Of a stretch of DNA of 40,710 nt, positions 25,145 through 34,568 are shown in pieces. This DNA is from a virus. Numbering within the stretch: position 1 is the stretch's first letter; every line of letters starts with the position of its first letter. The position numbers and the translations under genes are program-made. Location: UHGV virus genome UHGV-0209859, one strand, 5' to 3'. Below the pieces are notes generated by a model that was not told the DNA's origin, ran no database searches, and saw only the letters and a list, made by a program, of their open reading frames with translations.

Positions 25145-26821
25145 ATGGATGAATTTGCTGCCCGCCCGGTAGCCGATATTCTGGCCCGGTACTCAACAGA
25201 CAATCAGAACCCCGTGACCATCGACGTTCAGGTGGAAAAATGCCGTGAATGGTGTGAGCGCAATGGTTATCAGGTGGGAAAAATATTCTCCGATGAAGCT
25301 GTTTCCGGCATGAAAGAGACCCGTGCCGGTTATGAAGCCTGTATGATGCACTTGGGCATGGGCGGCGCGCAGCTTGTGGTTGTTTATGACCAAAGCCGTA
25401 TGTTCCGCGAATTTACCGAGTGGTTTCAGTTCCGGAAAGACGTGGATATGCTGGGAGCACGGGTGGCCAGTGTGACGCAGCCAATGGTGGGAGGAGATCT
25501 TAAAGACCCCGCCGTATTCATCAATGAAGCTGCAACAGCGATGCTCAATCACGCGCAGGTTCTGATAACGCGCCAGAAAACAATAGATGCGCTGAAGCAT
25601 AACGCCCGGGAGGGCAAATCCTCCGGCGGTAAGCCGCCCCTAGGATACGATCTTGACAAGGACAAAAAGTATGTGGTCAATGAGCATGAAGCAGAGGCCG
25701 TGCGCCTTGTGTTTCAACTATTCGCACGGGGATTCAGTTACGGAGAAATCATAGACGAATTGAACAGCCGAGGATATCTTACAAAACGAGGCCAACCGTT
25801 CGGGAAAAACTCCATTTTTGACCTGCTCAAAAACGAAAAATACATCGGCCGCCTTGTTTACGGCGCCACCAAGGCGCAGGCGGACGGACGATGGAATAGT
25901 CACGCCAAAAGCAAAGAGGACGCTATTGTGGTTGAGAACGGTGTGCCGGCTATCATTGAACAAGAATTGTGGGAGCAGGTACAGTCCCGAATCCGAACAC
26001 GCAAGGGGGCCGGCGGGAGATACAGCGCCAAGCGCGAATATTTGCTCACGGGTCGTGTATTCTGCGGCGACTGTGGCGCCAGCATGGTGGTGATGGGAAG
26101 CAAGGCATCCGGTTACCAATACTATGAATGCAATAATAAGAGGCGCACACATACATGCAAAATGAAGAATGTTCGTACGGAGTGGCTGGAACAGACGGTC
26201 GCGGCCAGTATTAAGCAGATGCTGACTGAGCCGGCCAATATTGAAATGCTGGTTGATGTAGCACGCGACCAGGAGCGGCAAATCACTACCGAATACGATA
26301 CGCGTCGGGCAGAGCTGGCATCCCGGTATACGCGCGTATGCCGTCAACTGGAAAATGGTGTTAACGCGCTTTTGGAAGGTGTGGTCAGCTCGGAGCTGAA
26401 AGAAAAGGTCAGGCGCTTGGAAGAAGAAAAGGCAGAAATCGAAGCAGAAACGGCAGAGCTGAATCAATATAAGGGCTATGTAGGGCTTGACGACGCTACG
26501 ATTCGCCGCTGTGTAGAAAATGTGGCGAAGGTAGATATTAACACGTCCGAAGGATTAAAACTTATACTGGCCGTTGTAAGCCGTGTGAATATACACACTG
26601 ATACCATCGAGATTAAAACATTGATTTCTACGGATGGGACAGATCCTGATCCAACGAAATCCAGGCCGCAGCACTTGGAGTTGTTTCCTTCAGAAAGCGC
26701 AAGCGGTGAAAAGTACCATACAACACCTGAAAACGGGTCGGGTCACCACATGTATAGTACTTGCAGGCTGCTTGATGGCCTGCAATATTTAATATCTGCG
26801 TGGAGCATACCACGTTTTTAA
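25145..26821 (+). CDS. Large serine recombinase (phage integrase)
   Basis: Catalytic ARYSTDNQ, SRMFR, GGKPPLGY, recombinase domain NEKYIG, zinc ribbon CGDCG...C...C, coiled coil. Confidence 0.93.
   Translation: MDEFAARPVADILARYSTDNQNPVTIDVQVEKCREWCERNGYQVGKIFSDEAVSGMKETRAGYEACMMHLGMGGAQLVVVYDQSRMFREFTEWFQFRKDVDMLGARVASVTQPMVGGDLKDPAVFINEAATAMLNHAQVLITRQKTIDALKHNAREGKSSGGKPPLGYDLDKDKKYVVNEHEAEAVRLVFQLFARGFSYGEIIDELNSRGYLTKRGQPFGKNSIFDLLKNEKYIGRLVYGATKAQADGRWNSHAKSKEDAIVVENGVPAIIEQELWEQVQSRIRTRKGAGGRYSAKREYLLTGRVFCGDCGASMVVMGSKASGYQYYECNNKRRTHTCKMKNVRTEWLEQTVAASIKQMLTEPANIEMLVDVARDQERQITTEYDTRRAELASRYTRVCRQLENGVNALLEGVVSSELKEKVRRLEEEKAEIEAETAELNQYKGYVGLDDATIRRCVENVAKVDINTSEGLKLILAVVSRVNIHTDTIEIKTLISTDGTDPDPTKSRPQHLELFPSESASGEKYHTTPENGSGHHMYSTCRLLDGLQYLISAWSIPRF
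26711..26762. other. Candidate attP site (52 bp) inside the integrase 3' end
   Basis: Inverted arms AAGTACCATACA / TGTATAGTACTT (11 of 12 match) symmetric about GG at 26736-26737; length typical of serine-integrase attP. Confidence 0.65.
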
Positions 26822-26825
26822 AATT

Positions 26826-26851
26826 GAGCTGCCAATGTGCAGCTCTTTTTT
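26826..26851 (+). terminator. Intrinsic terminator after the integrase
   Basis: GAGCTGC-CAATGT-GCAGCTC followed by T6. Confidence 0.75.
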
Positions 26852-26891
26852 CATATGCATAATTAAAAATATTTTTTATGAGTAAGGTGAT

Positions 26892-27773
26892 TTGGTGGAA
26901 TGTCCAAAGTATTTATACAGATATCGTTCATTTGACGATAAAAAAATCGAATGTTTAGGCGATAGATCGTTACAAGTAGAAACTTGGAAAAAAGAAGTTT
27001 TTGAAGGTAGAGTGATGCCTACTTGTCCATTGTATTTTAATGACCCATACGATTGCGATTTTTGTATAGACCAAAAAACACTACAATCTAAATTTGCAAA
27101 ATCAACGATTATAGAAAATTTAAAGCCGATATTTGAAAAATTAAAAATTGAAACGATAACCGAAAAAGAAATTGAAAATCTGCACAATTCTTCTAACACA
27201 GAAGAAACAGTGGAGGAAATATTGAAAACTCGGGGATGCAATCTAAAAATGCCGCTTTTGGATGTTTTTTGTAATGGTTTAAAATCGAAAATAGATGACC
27301 TCAAAAAGGGATTAACTGTTGTTTGTTTTACTGAAGATGTCAAATCAATTTTGATGTGGAGTCATTATGCCAATAATCATAGAGGATTTTGTATAGAGTA
27401 TAAACTAGCACAAACAGATTTATCAAAACAAATTCGAAAAGTAATTTATTCGTCAGAAAGACATTATTTGAGAGATGAGGATTTGAATGAAAAAGGGATA
27501 TTTAGACCAACGTTATATAAATCCGATGTGTGGAAATATGAGAAAGAATGGCGATATGTCACAGCAAATTTCCCATGGGTGATATCCAAAAACGAAAAGA
27601 GATTTTCAATGGATTTCAGTAAATATATTTCAGGAATTTATTTAGGGACAAATACGCCGGAGGATAAAGAAAAGGAAGTTATAAAGTTTTGTTTCAAAAA
27701 AAATATTCCAGTATATAAAATGAAAATGAAGTACGATACATATGCTTTAGAACCACAGAAAATTGATAACTAA
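26892..27773 (+). CDS. DUF2971-domain protein (AT-rich moron)
   Basis: LYRYR, FNDPYD, MWSHYANNHRGFCIEY, KSDVWKYEKEWR and IYLG motifs; much more AT-rich than the genome. Confidence 0.85.
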   Translation: MVECPKYLYRYRSFDDKKIECLGDRSLQVETWKKEVFEGRVMPTCPLYFNDPYDCDFCIDQKTLQSKFAKSTIIENLKPIFEKLKIETITEKEIENLHNSSNTEETVEEILKTRGCNLKMPLLDVFCNGLKSKIDDLKKGLTVVCFTEDVKSILMWSHYANNHRGFCIEYKLAQTDLSKQIRKVIYSSERHYLRDEDLNEKGIFRPTLYKSDVWKYEKEWRYVTANFPWVISKNEKRFSMDFSKYISGIYLGTNTPEDKEKEVIKFCFKKNIPVYKMKMKYDTYALEPQKIDN

Positions 27774-27810
27774 AAAAAGCCCCCGGCCAGAAATCTGAAC
27801 CGGGGGCTTT
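27772..27810. terminator. Terminator between the convergent DUF2971 and holin genes
   Basis: AAAGCCCCCGG...CCGGGGGCTTT stem; A7 run gives a U-tract on the minus strand. Confidence 0.8.
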
Positions 27811-27819
27811 CGTCATATA

Positions 27820-28095
27820 CTATTCGGTTTTGCCAAGCTGCTTCACAGCCTGATTGATGCCTGTGGCCGCAAGGCCGGATACCGCGCCGACAGCTGCCGC
27901 CGTGATGGGGTCCGCCGCCGGGAACTCCGGCATACCCGCATACAGGGCTACAAGGCCCAGCACAAGGCCAGTGCCGCCGCAGATGACCGGTATGTACTTG
28001 TTGTCCAGCGGTGTGGTTTTCACGCCCGTACCGGCGAGATAGCACAGCACGGTGATGGCTGCGACGGTGCCCAGCCCAAATACAGAAATATCCAT
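27820..28095 (-). CDS. Holin
   Basis: AAGGAGG RBS, ATG at 28095; 91 aa with three hydrophobic segments, NKYIP and GAVSGLAATGINQ motifs. Confidence 0.85.
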   Translation of the reverse strand: MDISVFGLGTVAAITVLCYLAGTGVKTTPLDNKYIPVICGGTGLVLGLVALYAGMPEFPAADPITAAAVGAVSGLAATGINQAVKQLGKTE

Positions 28096-28099
28096 AAAA

Positions 28100-28407
28100 T
28101 CAGTCCTCCTTGATGGGTAGTTTTTGCACCCGATTATATAATTCAGTGCCTGTCCCGTTACCGCCCAGCGCATGGTAGGCGCGGTACAGGTATTCGATGT
28201 TTTCAGGCTATCCACGTCGATGTGGCCCTGTGCGATATAGTGTTTGCAGCCCTGGTACAGCCTGTCGTGCAGCAGTGCCAGGTTTGCATCTTTCATGGCA
28301 TCCAACGTGCGAAACTTCCCACGCACCCATTTCCAGAGCGCCCCAAGCCCGCCCGCAACAATCCCCATCGCATAAGTAAGCCAATACTTTTGGATATGAT
28401 CCCACAC
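28100..28407 (-). pseudogene. Lysis-cassette membrane protein (YHALGGNG family) with a 1-bp frameshift
   Basis: GTG at 28407; TM helix then LLHDRLYQ; the conserved NIEYLYRAYHALGGNGTG tail is in another frame after the A4 run at 28200-28203 (308 nt total). Confidence 0.75.
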
Positions 28408-28411
28408 TGGC

Positions 28412-29302
28412 CTACACCTCCGCGACATATGCCTTGATATTCGCAAGGCGCTTGTCTGCTTCATCGGCGCGGGCGTTTGCCGCTTCAAGCTGCTTTTCCA
28501 GCTCCGCCGTATCTCCGCCGCCAGCCTGCGCCACGCAGGCCGTGAAAGCGTCGCCCGGGGAAAGCGTCACCAACCGGCAGCGGTCGGCCAGCACCACGGC
28601 GTAACGCTGCACTCCCGCCACGAAGATGCGAACCCAGCTGTACCCGCCGGAGCTGCCCACCTCGGCCTGCACCGGGTAGCACACGCCCTCGGTCAGCTTG
28701 CCGCCGTTATAGAGCTTGTCCACCGCATTCACATCGGGCGCGGTGAACACCTCACATTTGCCGCTCGTCACTTTCAGAAACTTCATATTGTCGTCCTCCA
28801 TCCCGTTGATTGCTGTACCATATGTGCCCACGGCGTTGGGGTGCCCGGTGTATGCGGTTGGGTCAAGCCCCGCCCCGGCGGCTGTGGCCCGCACCTCGAA
28901 ATGGCAGTGTGCAAAGGGCGGGCTTGCCAGCGCCGCGTTGCCCGTGCTGCCCATCACCGCCAGCGCGTCGCCGCTTTTCACCCGCTGGCCCACGGATACC
29001 AGATTCTGCGCGTTGTGGCAGAAATACAGGTAGTTCACCGCGTCCGGCGTCTGGCCCGCGTCCAGCTCCACGCACACGTACCAGCCCCATTCCCACGTTT
29101 TGCTGCCCGTGGACCTGTCCACCTTGCGGGCCGTAACGACCCGCCCGGAAATGCTTTTGCCCTTGTAATCGGGCATCCGGATGGTGGTGCTGTCCAGCCC
29201 CTCCTCGTCGCTGCCGCCATGCCAGCCCTTGCCGTTGTTCCGGGTATAGCCCCACCGGCCGTACCCGTACCGCACCCGCACGCGGCCCTTAAAAATCGCC
29301 AT
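28412..29302 (-). CDS. Endolysin, M23 peptidase family
   Basis: HGGSD (HxxxD), FCH and HCHFEVR (HxH) motifs; C-terminal SH3-like region and short coil. Confidence 0.88.
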   Translation of the reverse strand: MAIFKGRVRVRYGYGRWGYTRNNGKGWHGGSDEEGLDSTTIRMPDYKGKSISGRVVTARKVDRSTGSKTWEWGWYVCVELDAGQTPDAVNYLYFCHNAQNLVSVGQRVKSGDALAVMGSTGNAALASPPFAHCHFEVRATAAGAGLDPTAYTGHPNAVGTYGTAINGMEDDNMKFLKVTSGKCEVFTAPDVNAVDKLYNGGKLTEGVCYPVQAEVGSSGGYSWVRIFVAGVQRYAVVLADRCRLVTLSPGDAFTACVAQAGGGDTAELEKQLEAANARADEADKRLANIKAYVAEV

Positions 29303-29305
29303 GTG

Positions 29306-29428
29306 TCATGCCTCCCAGGTAATTTCTTTGTACTGTGCCTCCGTGATAACTCCTTTGATGACGGCCTGCCGCACCTGCGCGGAGTTCCACAGGCCCATGT
29401 CGTACCACTTTTTGATACTCTCAAACAT
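29306..29428 (-). CDS. XkdX-family small protein (not in the ORF track)
   Basis: MFESIKKWYDMGLWNSAQVRQAVIKGVITEAQYKEITWEA; GGAGG RBS. Confidence 0.85.
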   Translation of the reverse strand: MFESIKKWYDMGLWNSAQVRQAVIKGVITEAQYKEITWEA

Positions 29429-29431
29429 TGG

Positions 29432-29776
29432 TTACACCTCCAGCATTGTGTTCGTCATCATGGCTGTGTAAGCAACCTGTGCCTCCACCCGGTCAAGTTG
29501 TGTCGGCTCCGGCGCGGGCCGCGCAGTAATCTCTGCCGCTTTCTCCGCCTCTGTGCGTAGGGCGGGCGTACCGTCTGCCAGCTTATAGTTCGCGCAGCCA
29601 TCCGTTCCGTACAATGGTAGCGGGAAATAGTTTCCTTGGGCGTGGTGGTACTTATCGCTGTAGCCCTCATCAATGGCCGTCCAGCCCGCCGTGTCGGCCA
29701 GAAACACGCTACTGTTTATCTCCACGATTCGCCCGGCCTCATCCGCACGCACATAAACAATATATTTTTCATCCAT
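29432..29776 (-). CDS. Tail fibre-associated protein (XkdW-like position)
   Basis: DKYHHAQGNY and QLDRVEAQVAYTAMM motifs; precedes the XkdX-family gene. Confidence 0.7.
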   Translation of the reverse strand: MDEKYIVYVRADEAGRIVEINSSVFLADTAGWTAIDEGYSDKYHHAQGNYFPLPLYGTDGCANYKLADGTPALRTEAEKAAEITARPAPEPTQLDRVEAQVAYTAMMTNTMLEV

Positions 29777-29790
29777 ACTGTTTCACTCCT

Positions 29791-30774
29791 TTACAAATCG
29801 GCCGACAAATCGCATTGCAGACCATATGCAATACCCGGATAGTTGTTAACGCCTGATGCCGCCATACCGATATGCAGGTGTATACCGTTGCGTTGCCGCG
29901 TTATGTTCGAAACTGTCGTATTCAGCGCTTTAAACGTACCGTTATACACCACGTTGTCGGCAACCTTGACCGTAACCGACGGAGCGGTGCGCATAGGTAC
30001 AGGGGTTGGAATGAGTACACGGAACGTGGAACCTGATACAATACCAGCAGAACCAATACCCACACCGCCGACAAAATACCGCAAGCACTCTAAAAACTCG
30101 TCACCAAAAGCCTTGGGCACATACGGCGTGGCCACGCTGCCTTTTTCCCACTTAATATAATTGACGGTGAGCGGCTTCTTCGGGTAAATGCCAAGGTTAT
30201 ACATAGTGTTGTCTCTCGCATAGGTACAAAGCACGATTTCAAAGTCGTCGCAATCATAGCTGGCAGGGACGTTTGCAAAAGCATCATACAAATCGCGGTC
30301 AATCACTTTCATTGTCGGGGTATGTAGCTTTCCGTTGGCATATATCGATACCGTAACATCGTCACCGATACTTAGTTGGTGCTGTCCCATTTCATTTGAT
30401 TGCCACATACCGCATGCACGTGCTGCATAACTTGGAGCAGTCAGCGTAAAGGAGCTCACATTGTATGTGGTGCTGTTCAATATCCGCCATCTGTCAATGC
30501 AGTATAGAGCTGTGCTGTCGCCCGTGTAGGTGGTTTTTCCGCGCTGATTTACTGGATTTGGAAAGTTGGTGTTTGTTCCGAGGTTCGGATACACTGCGCC
30601 ATTCACCATCTTATTCACTTGGTTGATATCCTCCGCGCCCCAGGTATCGCCGACCTGCTGATACTGGGTAATATCTTCAACGGATGACGAGCCATCGGAA
30701 TTGGCCGTAATTTTATACTTACGTCCCCCGGACGGCGGGATGTAATCCTTGTAATCCGTTTTCAACGCCATCAA
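29791..30774 (-). CDS. Tail fibre / receptor-binding protein
   Basis: LKTDYKD N-terminus, NPVNQRG...YCIDRW, KWEKGSVATPY, ECLRYF, PVPMRTAP motifs. Confidence 0.7.
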   Translation of the reverse strand: MMALKTDYKDYIPPSGGRKYKITANSDGSSSVEDITQYQQVGDTWGAEDINQVNKMVNGAVYPNLGTNTNFPNPVNQRGKTTYTGDSTALYCIDRWRILNSTTYNVSSFTLTAPSYAARACGMWQSNEMGQHQLSIGDDVTVSIYANGKLHTPTMKVIDRDLYDAFANVPASYDCDDFEIVLCTYARDNTMYNLGIYPKKPLTVNYIKWEKGSVATPYVPKAFGDEFLECLRYFVGGVGIGSAGIVSGSTFRVLIPTPVPMRTAPSVTVKVADNVVYNGTFKALNTTVSNITRQRNGIHLHIGMAASGVNNYPGIAYGLQCDLSADL

Positions 30775-31874
30775 AATGCACTTCCTTTCAGTTCAAATGC
30801 CAGCTTCGGCAGGCACGCAAATTGCCGTTCAAATTGCTCAAAAAGCAGCAGGCATGTGTTCTCGATGCGGTTCCAGTCATCGGCCCCAGGCGGCGGCTGG
30901 TTGCCGTGCCACTGCTTCACAGGCAGCATGTCGGGTGGCCGGAACGTATTCGCGGCAATGGCCTCCAGATTCGCGTCCAGTGCGTCGATGGTGGAGGCAT
31001 ATCCATAGCTCTCCACCGTTACAGCCACCATGCCCCGCATGGTAAAACCGCCATACAGAAAATACGCATACTCCCGCAGGTATTCGATATTTTGCTTGAT
31101 ACGGTCGTAGTCCTCTACATTGAAGAAGTCTCCCGTATATTCCCCCTCAGAATCGTACTGAATCGTCCATGCGGTGTAGGGCGTCAACATGCGGTGCGTG
31201 AGCGTCACCTCGACCTCCCCGCCCGTCATGACGGTGAGCGGCCCGGATGCGTTGTCAATGTCCACCGGGTCCGTGGCGTACACTTCTGGCGTAGCGAGCT
31301 GGTAGGCTATTTGTACAGGCGTTCCTGCGGCTTTTTGGGCGGCGAGGTAGGCTTTTGCGTCATCGACACTTTTCCAAGATGGGTCTTTTATAATAAGACT
31401 TCCTAGTTCGTTGATCGCTACTTGATTCGCCGCAGGAATTACTGCCCCAGTACCTTGGTAATGACTACATACTGGAGCCACTCCCGTCTTGTTATTTGGC
31501 AAAAAGGTAGCTATATAAGGCCATGCAGTATTACTATTCCACTTCCAATCCTCCGTCCCATCCAACTCCACAAAGCCCACATTGTACGTCACAACGAGCT
31601 TTTCAGCGCTTTCGTAGTCCTGCCGCGTGACGCACTTATCCTTGACATCGCCAACACGCCGCAGCGGGCGTGGAATTGGCAGCTCAGTAACATCATCGTT
31701 TACCGTAACGGACGATATACCCGTGAGCGCCACGGGGGCCTCCGTTGTCCCGCCCTGTGCGTTCTCGCCGTAGGCAGTTATGGACGCGATCTCCCAGTTC
31801 TGCCCGTCCGCTATTTGCACCGTGCTCCCGGACAGTTCTTTTGTTTTAATCGGCGGCTGCTTCATCCGCGCCAT
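30771..31874 (-). CDS. Baseplate/tail fibre protein (two-module fusion)
   Basis: N-terminal fibre-like module (ELDGTEDW...IAYQLATP) plus C-terminal DFFNVEDYDRIKQN...DWNRIE module. Confidence 0.65.
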   Translation of the reverse strand: MARMKQPPIKTKELSGSTVQIADGQNWEIASITAYGENAQGGTTEAPVALTGISSVTVNDDVTELPIPRPLRRVGDVKDKCVTRQDYESAEKLVVTYNVGFVELDGTEDWKWNSNTAWPYIATFLPNNKTGVAPVCSHYQGTGAVIPAANQVAINELGSLIIKDPSWKSVDDAKAYLAAQKAAGTPVQIAYQLATPEVYATDPVDIDNASGPLTVMTGGEVEVTLTHRMLTPYTAWTIQYDSEGEYTGDFFNVEDYDRIKQNIEYLREYAYFLYGGFTMRGMVAVTVESYGYASTIDALDANLEAIAANTFRPPDMLPVKQWHGNQPPPGADDWNRIENTCLLLFEQFERQFACLPKLAFELKGSAF

Positions 31875-34152
31875 GCTCCTTCCGTATCGTCATCGTCCCG
31901 CGAAACGCGCCGCTGAAGCGCGTCTCGATGCTCTCAACAACGCCCCATGTGCCATCCTCCAGCGGCAGCACGTCCAGCACGTCATACTGCGGGTCGCCGC
32001 GTGTCTCCAGCGTTGTCACCACCCGGGCCGCGTAATATTCCCGGATCTGATTCAGAAACCCGGGCCAGTTTGCGTCCACCCAGTGCACGAGCACAGGGTT
32101 CTCCCAATCGAACGTTTCCCCGCGTGGGTTCGCATCCAGCCTGCGTTCCAGCGTCGTCAGGTTGTACCCGTTGCTCCAGATGGAAAACTCTACGTCATGC
32201 ACCGTGGATGCGGTAAACTTCACATAGGACACATACCCGTAGTGCCTCGCCTCCGCCGTTACGCCGGCGTCATCGGTGCGCAGCTGCGGCGATATCGCCA
32301 GATCATGCTCGATGCGGTTCCACTGCCCGTCCGACGGCAGCTTTCCCGAATAGATCTCCCTGCGCTGTGCGTCCGAGGCCGCCGTTGAAAAATAGGACAC
32401 CAGCGGGACATATGCCGTGATGTCTTTCAGCAGCGGCTTCATCTCGTATTTCGGGTCGCCGTATGCCTCGGCCCTCATATCCACACCGTTGAGCCGCCAC
32501 GTCAGCAGCCGCGCCCTCCGGTTCGGCGCGCATTTTCCGAACGTTATCTGCCAGGAACACGCAGGCACGGCCGGGAACTCAAACGTTTCCGTATGAGCTG
32601 ATGGCGTATATTCCTGCGGCTGTGCCCAGGCTTCTCCCGCCCTGCGGGAATACACATATATTTTTTCCGGCAGCGGGCCGGGACCAAAGGTCACCGTCAC
32701 GCTGCCGGCACAGTTGTCCGTCTCTTCAATGTTGTTTGCATCCCGTCCTATGTATCCGAACGCGGCCGTTTTCCCCTCCGGGAACGCCCCGGACGCATCG
32801 GCAACGTCCTCCCATACCCATTCGCCCGGCAGATAGCCTCCGCTGTCCGGTATCATCCGCTGCGTGCCGTCCAGCCGCATGAAGTCCTGCTCGAACGTGG
32901 CGTATTCCGCGCCCGGCGCCCCTGTCAGCGCGTCGCTCGAAAACGCCGCCTGCTCCGACAAATGCGCGGGCGCGGAAAAGGTCAGCGGCGCCAGCGTGAT
33001 CCCTGCTCCGGGCGCCTTCGTCACGATGGCGCCGTCCCTTGCTTCGCTCAGTGCTGCAAGGTTGCTGTTGGCGAGCAGCTGCACCGCCTCGGCGTGTGTT
33101 GCGACAGGCAGCGGGAGCATCCAGCGCGTCACGGATTTGCCAAGACGGTAAGAGTACCCGCCTGCATCGGCCAGTACCTTCTCCAACTCCTCCCGCCCCT
33201 GGACATACGGCGTTTTGCCGCCGTCGCCAAACACGCTTTTTTCATACGTCGTCTTTCCCATCCGTTCAAACAGCGCAAAGGCCGTGAAAGAGGCGCGGAT
33301 GCCGTCCACCTTCCAGCTGTCCAGATACCACGGGTGCGTCGGCACCCACTCCACACGGCCGTCCTCCAGCGTCTGCCCGTAGGACAGCGCAACGTCCTGC
33401 CCCTCCGCAAGAAAACGCTGCAGCGCCGTGCTGCCCTCCACAGAGAAGCGTCCCTCCTCGTTGTACAGCGTAAAGGACAGCGACGCCGTAGGCAGCGAGA
33501 GGGAAAGCGGCGAGGCCGTGTGCTTCTCGGCCAGTTCGATGATCTCATCGTTTCCGAACGTATAGCCCACGCCATACCGCAATTCGTTCAGCCGCGCACG
33601 GGTGTACGGCGCGCGCATCCTGTCGAAGCTTATTTCCAGCGCGTCCACATCCTCCAGCAGGAACTCCCCGCGGTAATACGGCTCCAGCGCGTCCGTTACA
33701 ACGAATGTGTCCGCAAGCGCGCCGGCCGTATAGGCCCGCACCGTGATCTGCGCGGGCACGCAGTCCCCAAAATCCAGCGTCAGGCCTGCCATGGAATGCA
33801 CCGTACCAAATGCCACGCTTACCACCGGAGGCGATGCAAAAACGCCGTCCGCGCCGCACAGCGCCGCGCTCACAAAGCCCTGCGCCGCAAGCTCCGCGCC
33901 GCTCTCCGGCAGCAGCCGCTGCGTGCCGTCCAGCCGCATGCGGTCCCCCTCAAAGGTTGCATAACTCACGCGCACCGGGCTTTCTCCGCCATCCAGCACC
34001 GAAGCGTCCGAGTACCATGTGCCCGGCGGTACCGTTACCGCGGCGTCCCCCGGTGCGCTGGCATCAAAGATACCGAACTGCAGCCGTACATATCCCTGGT
34101 CGCGCACCTGCCGGCGCATCGCGTGCCGGTATGCCGCAGATACTGGATACAT
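31846..34152 (-). CDS. Baseplate hub / tail-associated (Tal-like) protein
   Basis: 768 aa after the Dit-like gene; MYPVSAAY N-terminus, RGDP C-terminal motif; internal duplication. Confidence 0.7.
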   Translation of the reverse strand: MYPVSAAYRHAMRRQVRDQGYVRLQFGIFDASAPGDAAVTVPPGTWYSDASVLDGGESPVRVSYATFEGDRMRLDGTQRLLPESGAELAAQGFVSAALCGADGVFASPPVVSVAFGTVHSMAGLTLDFGDCVPAQITVRAYTAGALADTFVVTDALEPYYRGEFLLEDVDALEISFDRMRAPYTRARLNELRYGVGYTFGNDEIIELAEKHTASPLSLSLPTASLSFTLYNEEGRFSVEGSTALQRFLAEGQDVALSYGQTLEDGRVEWVPTHPWYLDSWKVDGIRASFTAFALFERMGKTTYEKSVFGDGGKTPYVQGREELEKVLADAGGYSYRLGKSVTRWMLPLPVATHAEAVQLLANSNLAALSEARDGAIVTKAPGAGITLAPLTFSAPAHLSEQAAFSSDALTGAPGAEYATFEQDFMRLDGTQRMIPDSGGYLPGEWVWEDVADASGAFPEGKTAAFGYIGRDANNIEETDNCAGSVTVTFGPGPLPEKIYVYSRRAGEAWAQPQEYTPSAHTETFEFPAVPACSWQITFGKCAPNRRARLLTWRLNGVDMRAEAYGDPKYEMKPLLKDITAYVPLVSYFSTAASDAQRREIYSGKLPSDGQWNRIEHDLAISPQLRTDDAGVTAEARHYGYVSYVKFTASTVHDVEFSIWSNGYNLTTLERRLDANPRGETFDWENPVLVHWVDANWPGFLNQIREYYAARVVTTLETRGDPQYDVLDVLPLEDGTWGVVESIETRFSGAFRGTMTIRKEHGADEAAAD

Positions 34153-34166
34153 CCTTCCGCCTCCTT

Positions 34167-34553
34167 TTACACTTGGATTAGATTCGCCTTGACATCCCGC
34201 CAGAATGAGGGGCGCATCGTTTGAGGGTTCACCAGGTACGGCGTACCGCTCCGGTCGCCCACGTACATGTCCATGTATACGAAATCATTCACACGGGGGT
34301 CGAACACGCGAAAGGTGTTGATGAACTTCCCGCCGCGCCTTCGGTCGAATATTTTCAGCAGGTTCATCATCTCCTCCGGATACAGGAGCTGAAAAGAACA
34401 CTCAATTTTGAACTTGTCATCTCCTATTATTTGTCCAATGAAATCGCCGTTACCGTTGCGCGCGCCGTCTACTGCCGACGATATGGTTACGGTCCCGCTC
34501 CCAAGCGCCGGTGGTGGAACCGCGATTCCATCGGCTGTTTCTATCCATGCCAT
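34167..34553 (-). CDS. Distal tail (Dit-like) protein
   Basis: 128 aa directly after the tape measure gene; ARNGNG, MYVGDRS and ANLIQV motifs. Confidence 0.7.
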   Translation of the reverse strand: MAWIETADGIAVPPPALGSGTVTISSAVDGARNGNGDFIGQIIGDDKFKIECSFQLLYPEEMMNLLKIFDRRRGGKFINTFRVFDPRVNDFVYMDMYVGDRSGTPYLVNPQTMRPSFWRDVKANLIQV

Positions 34554-34568
34554 TTTCTCTTCCGCCTC

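Noticed and set aside
27820..28488. 222-aa ORF as a single genuine gene
   Set aside because: It is produced by the frameshift at 28200-28203 joining two genes, plus an upstream extension overlapping the endolysin
29791..31874. Diversity-generating retroelement targeting the tail fibres
   Set aside because: No reverse transcriptase ORF and no template/variable repeat pair differing at adenines was seen
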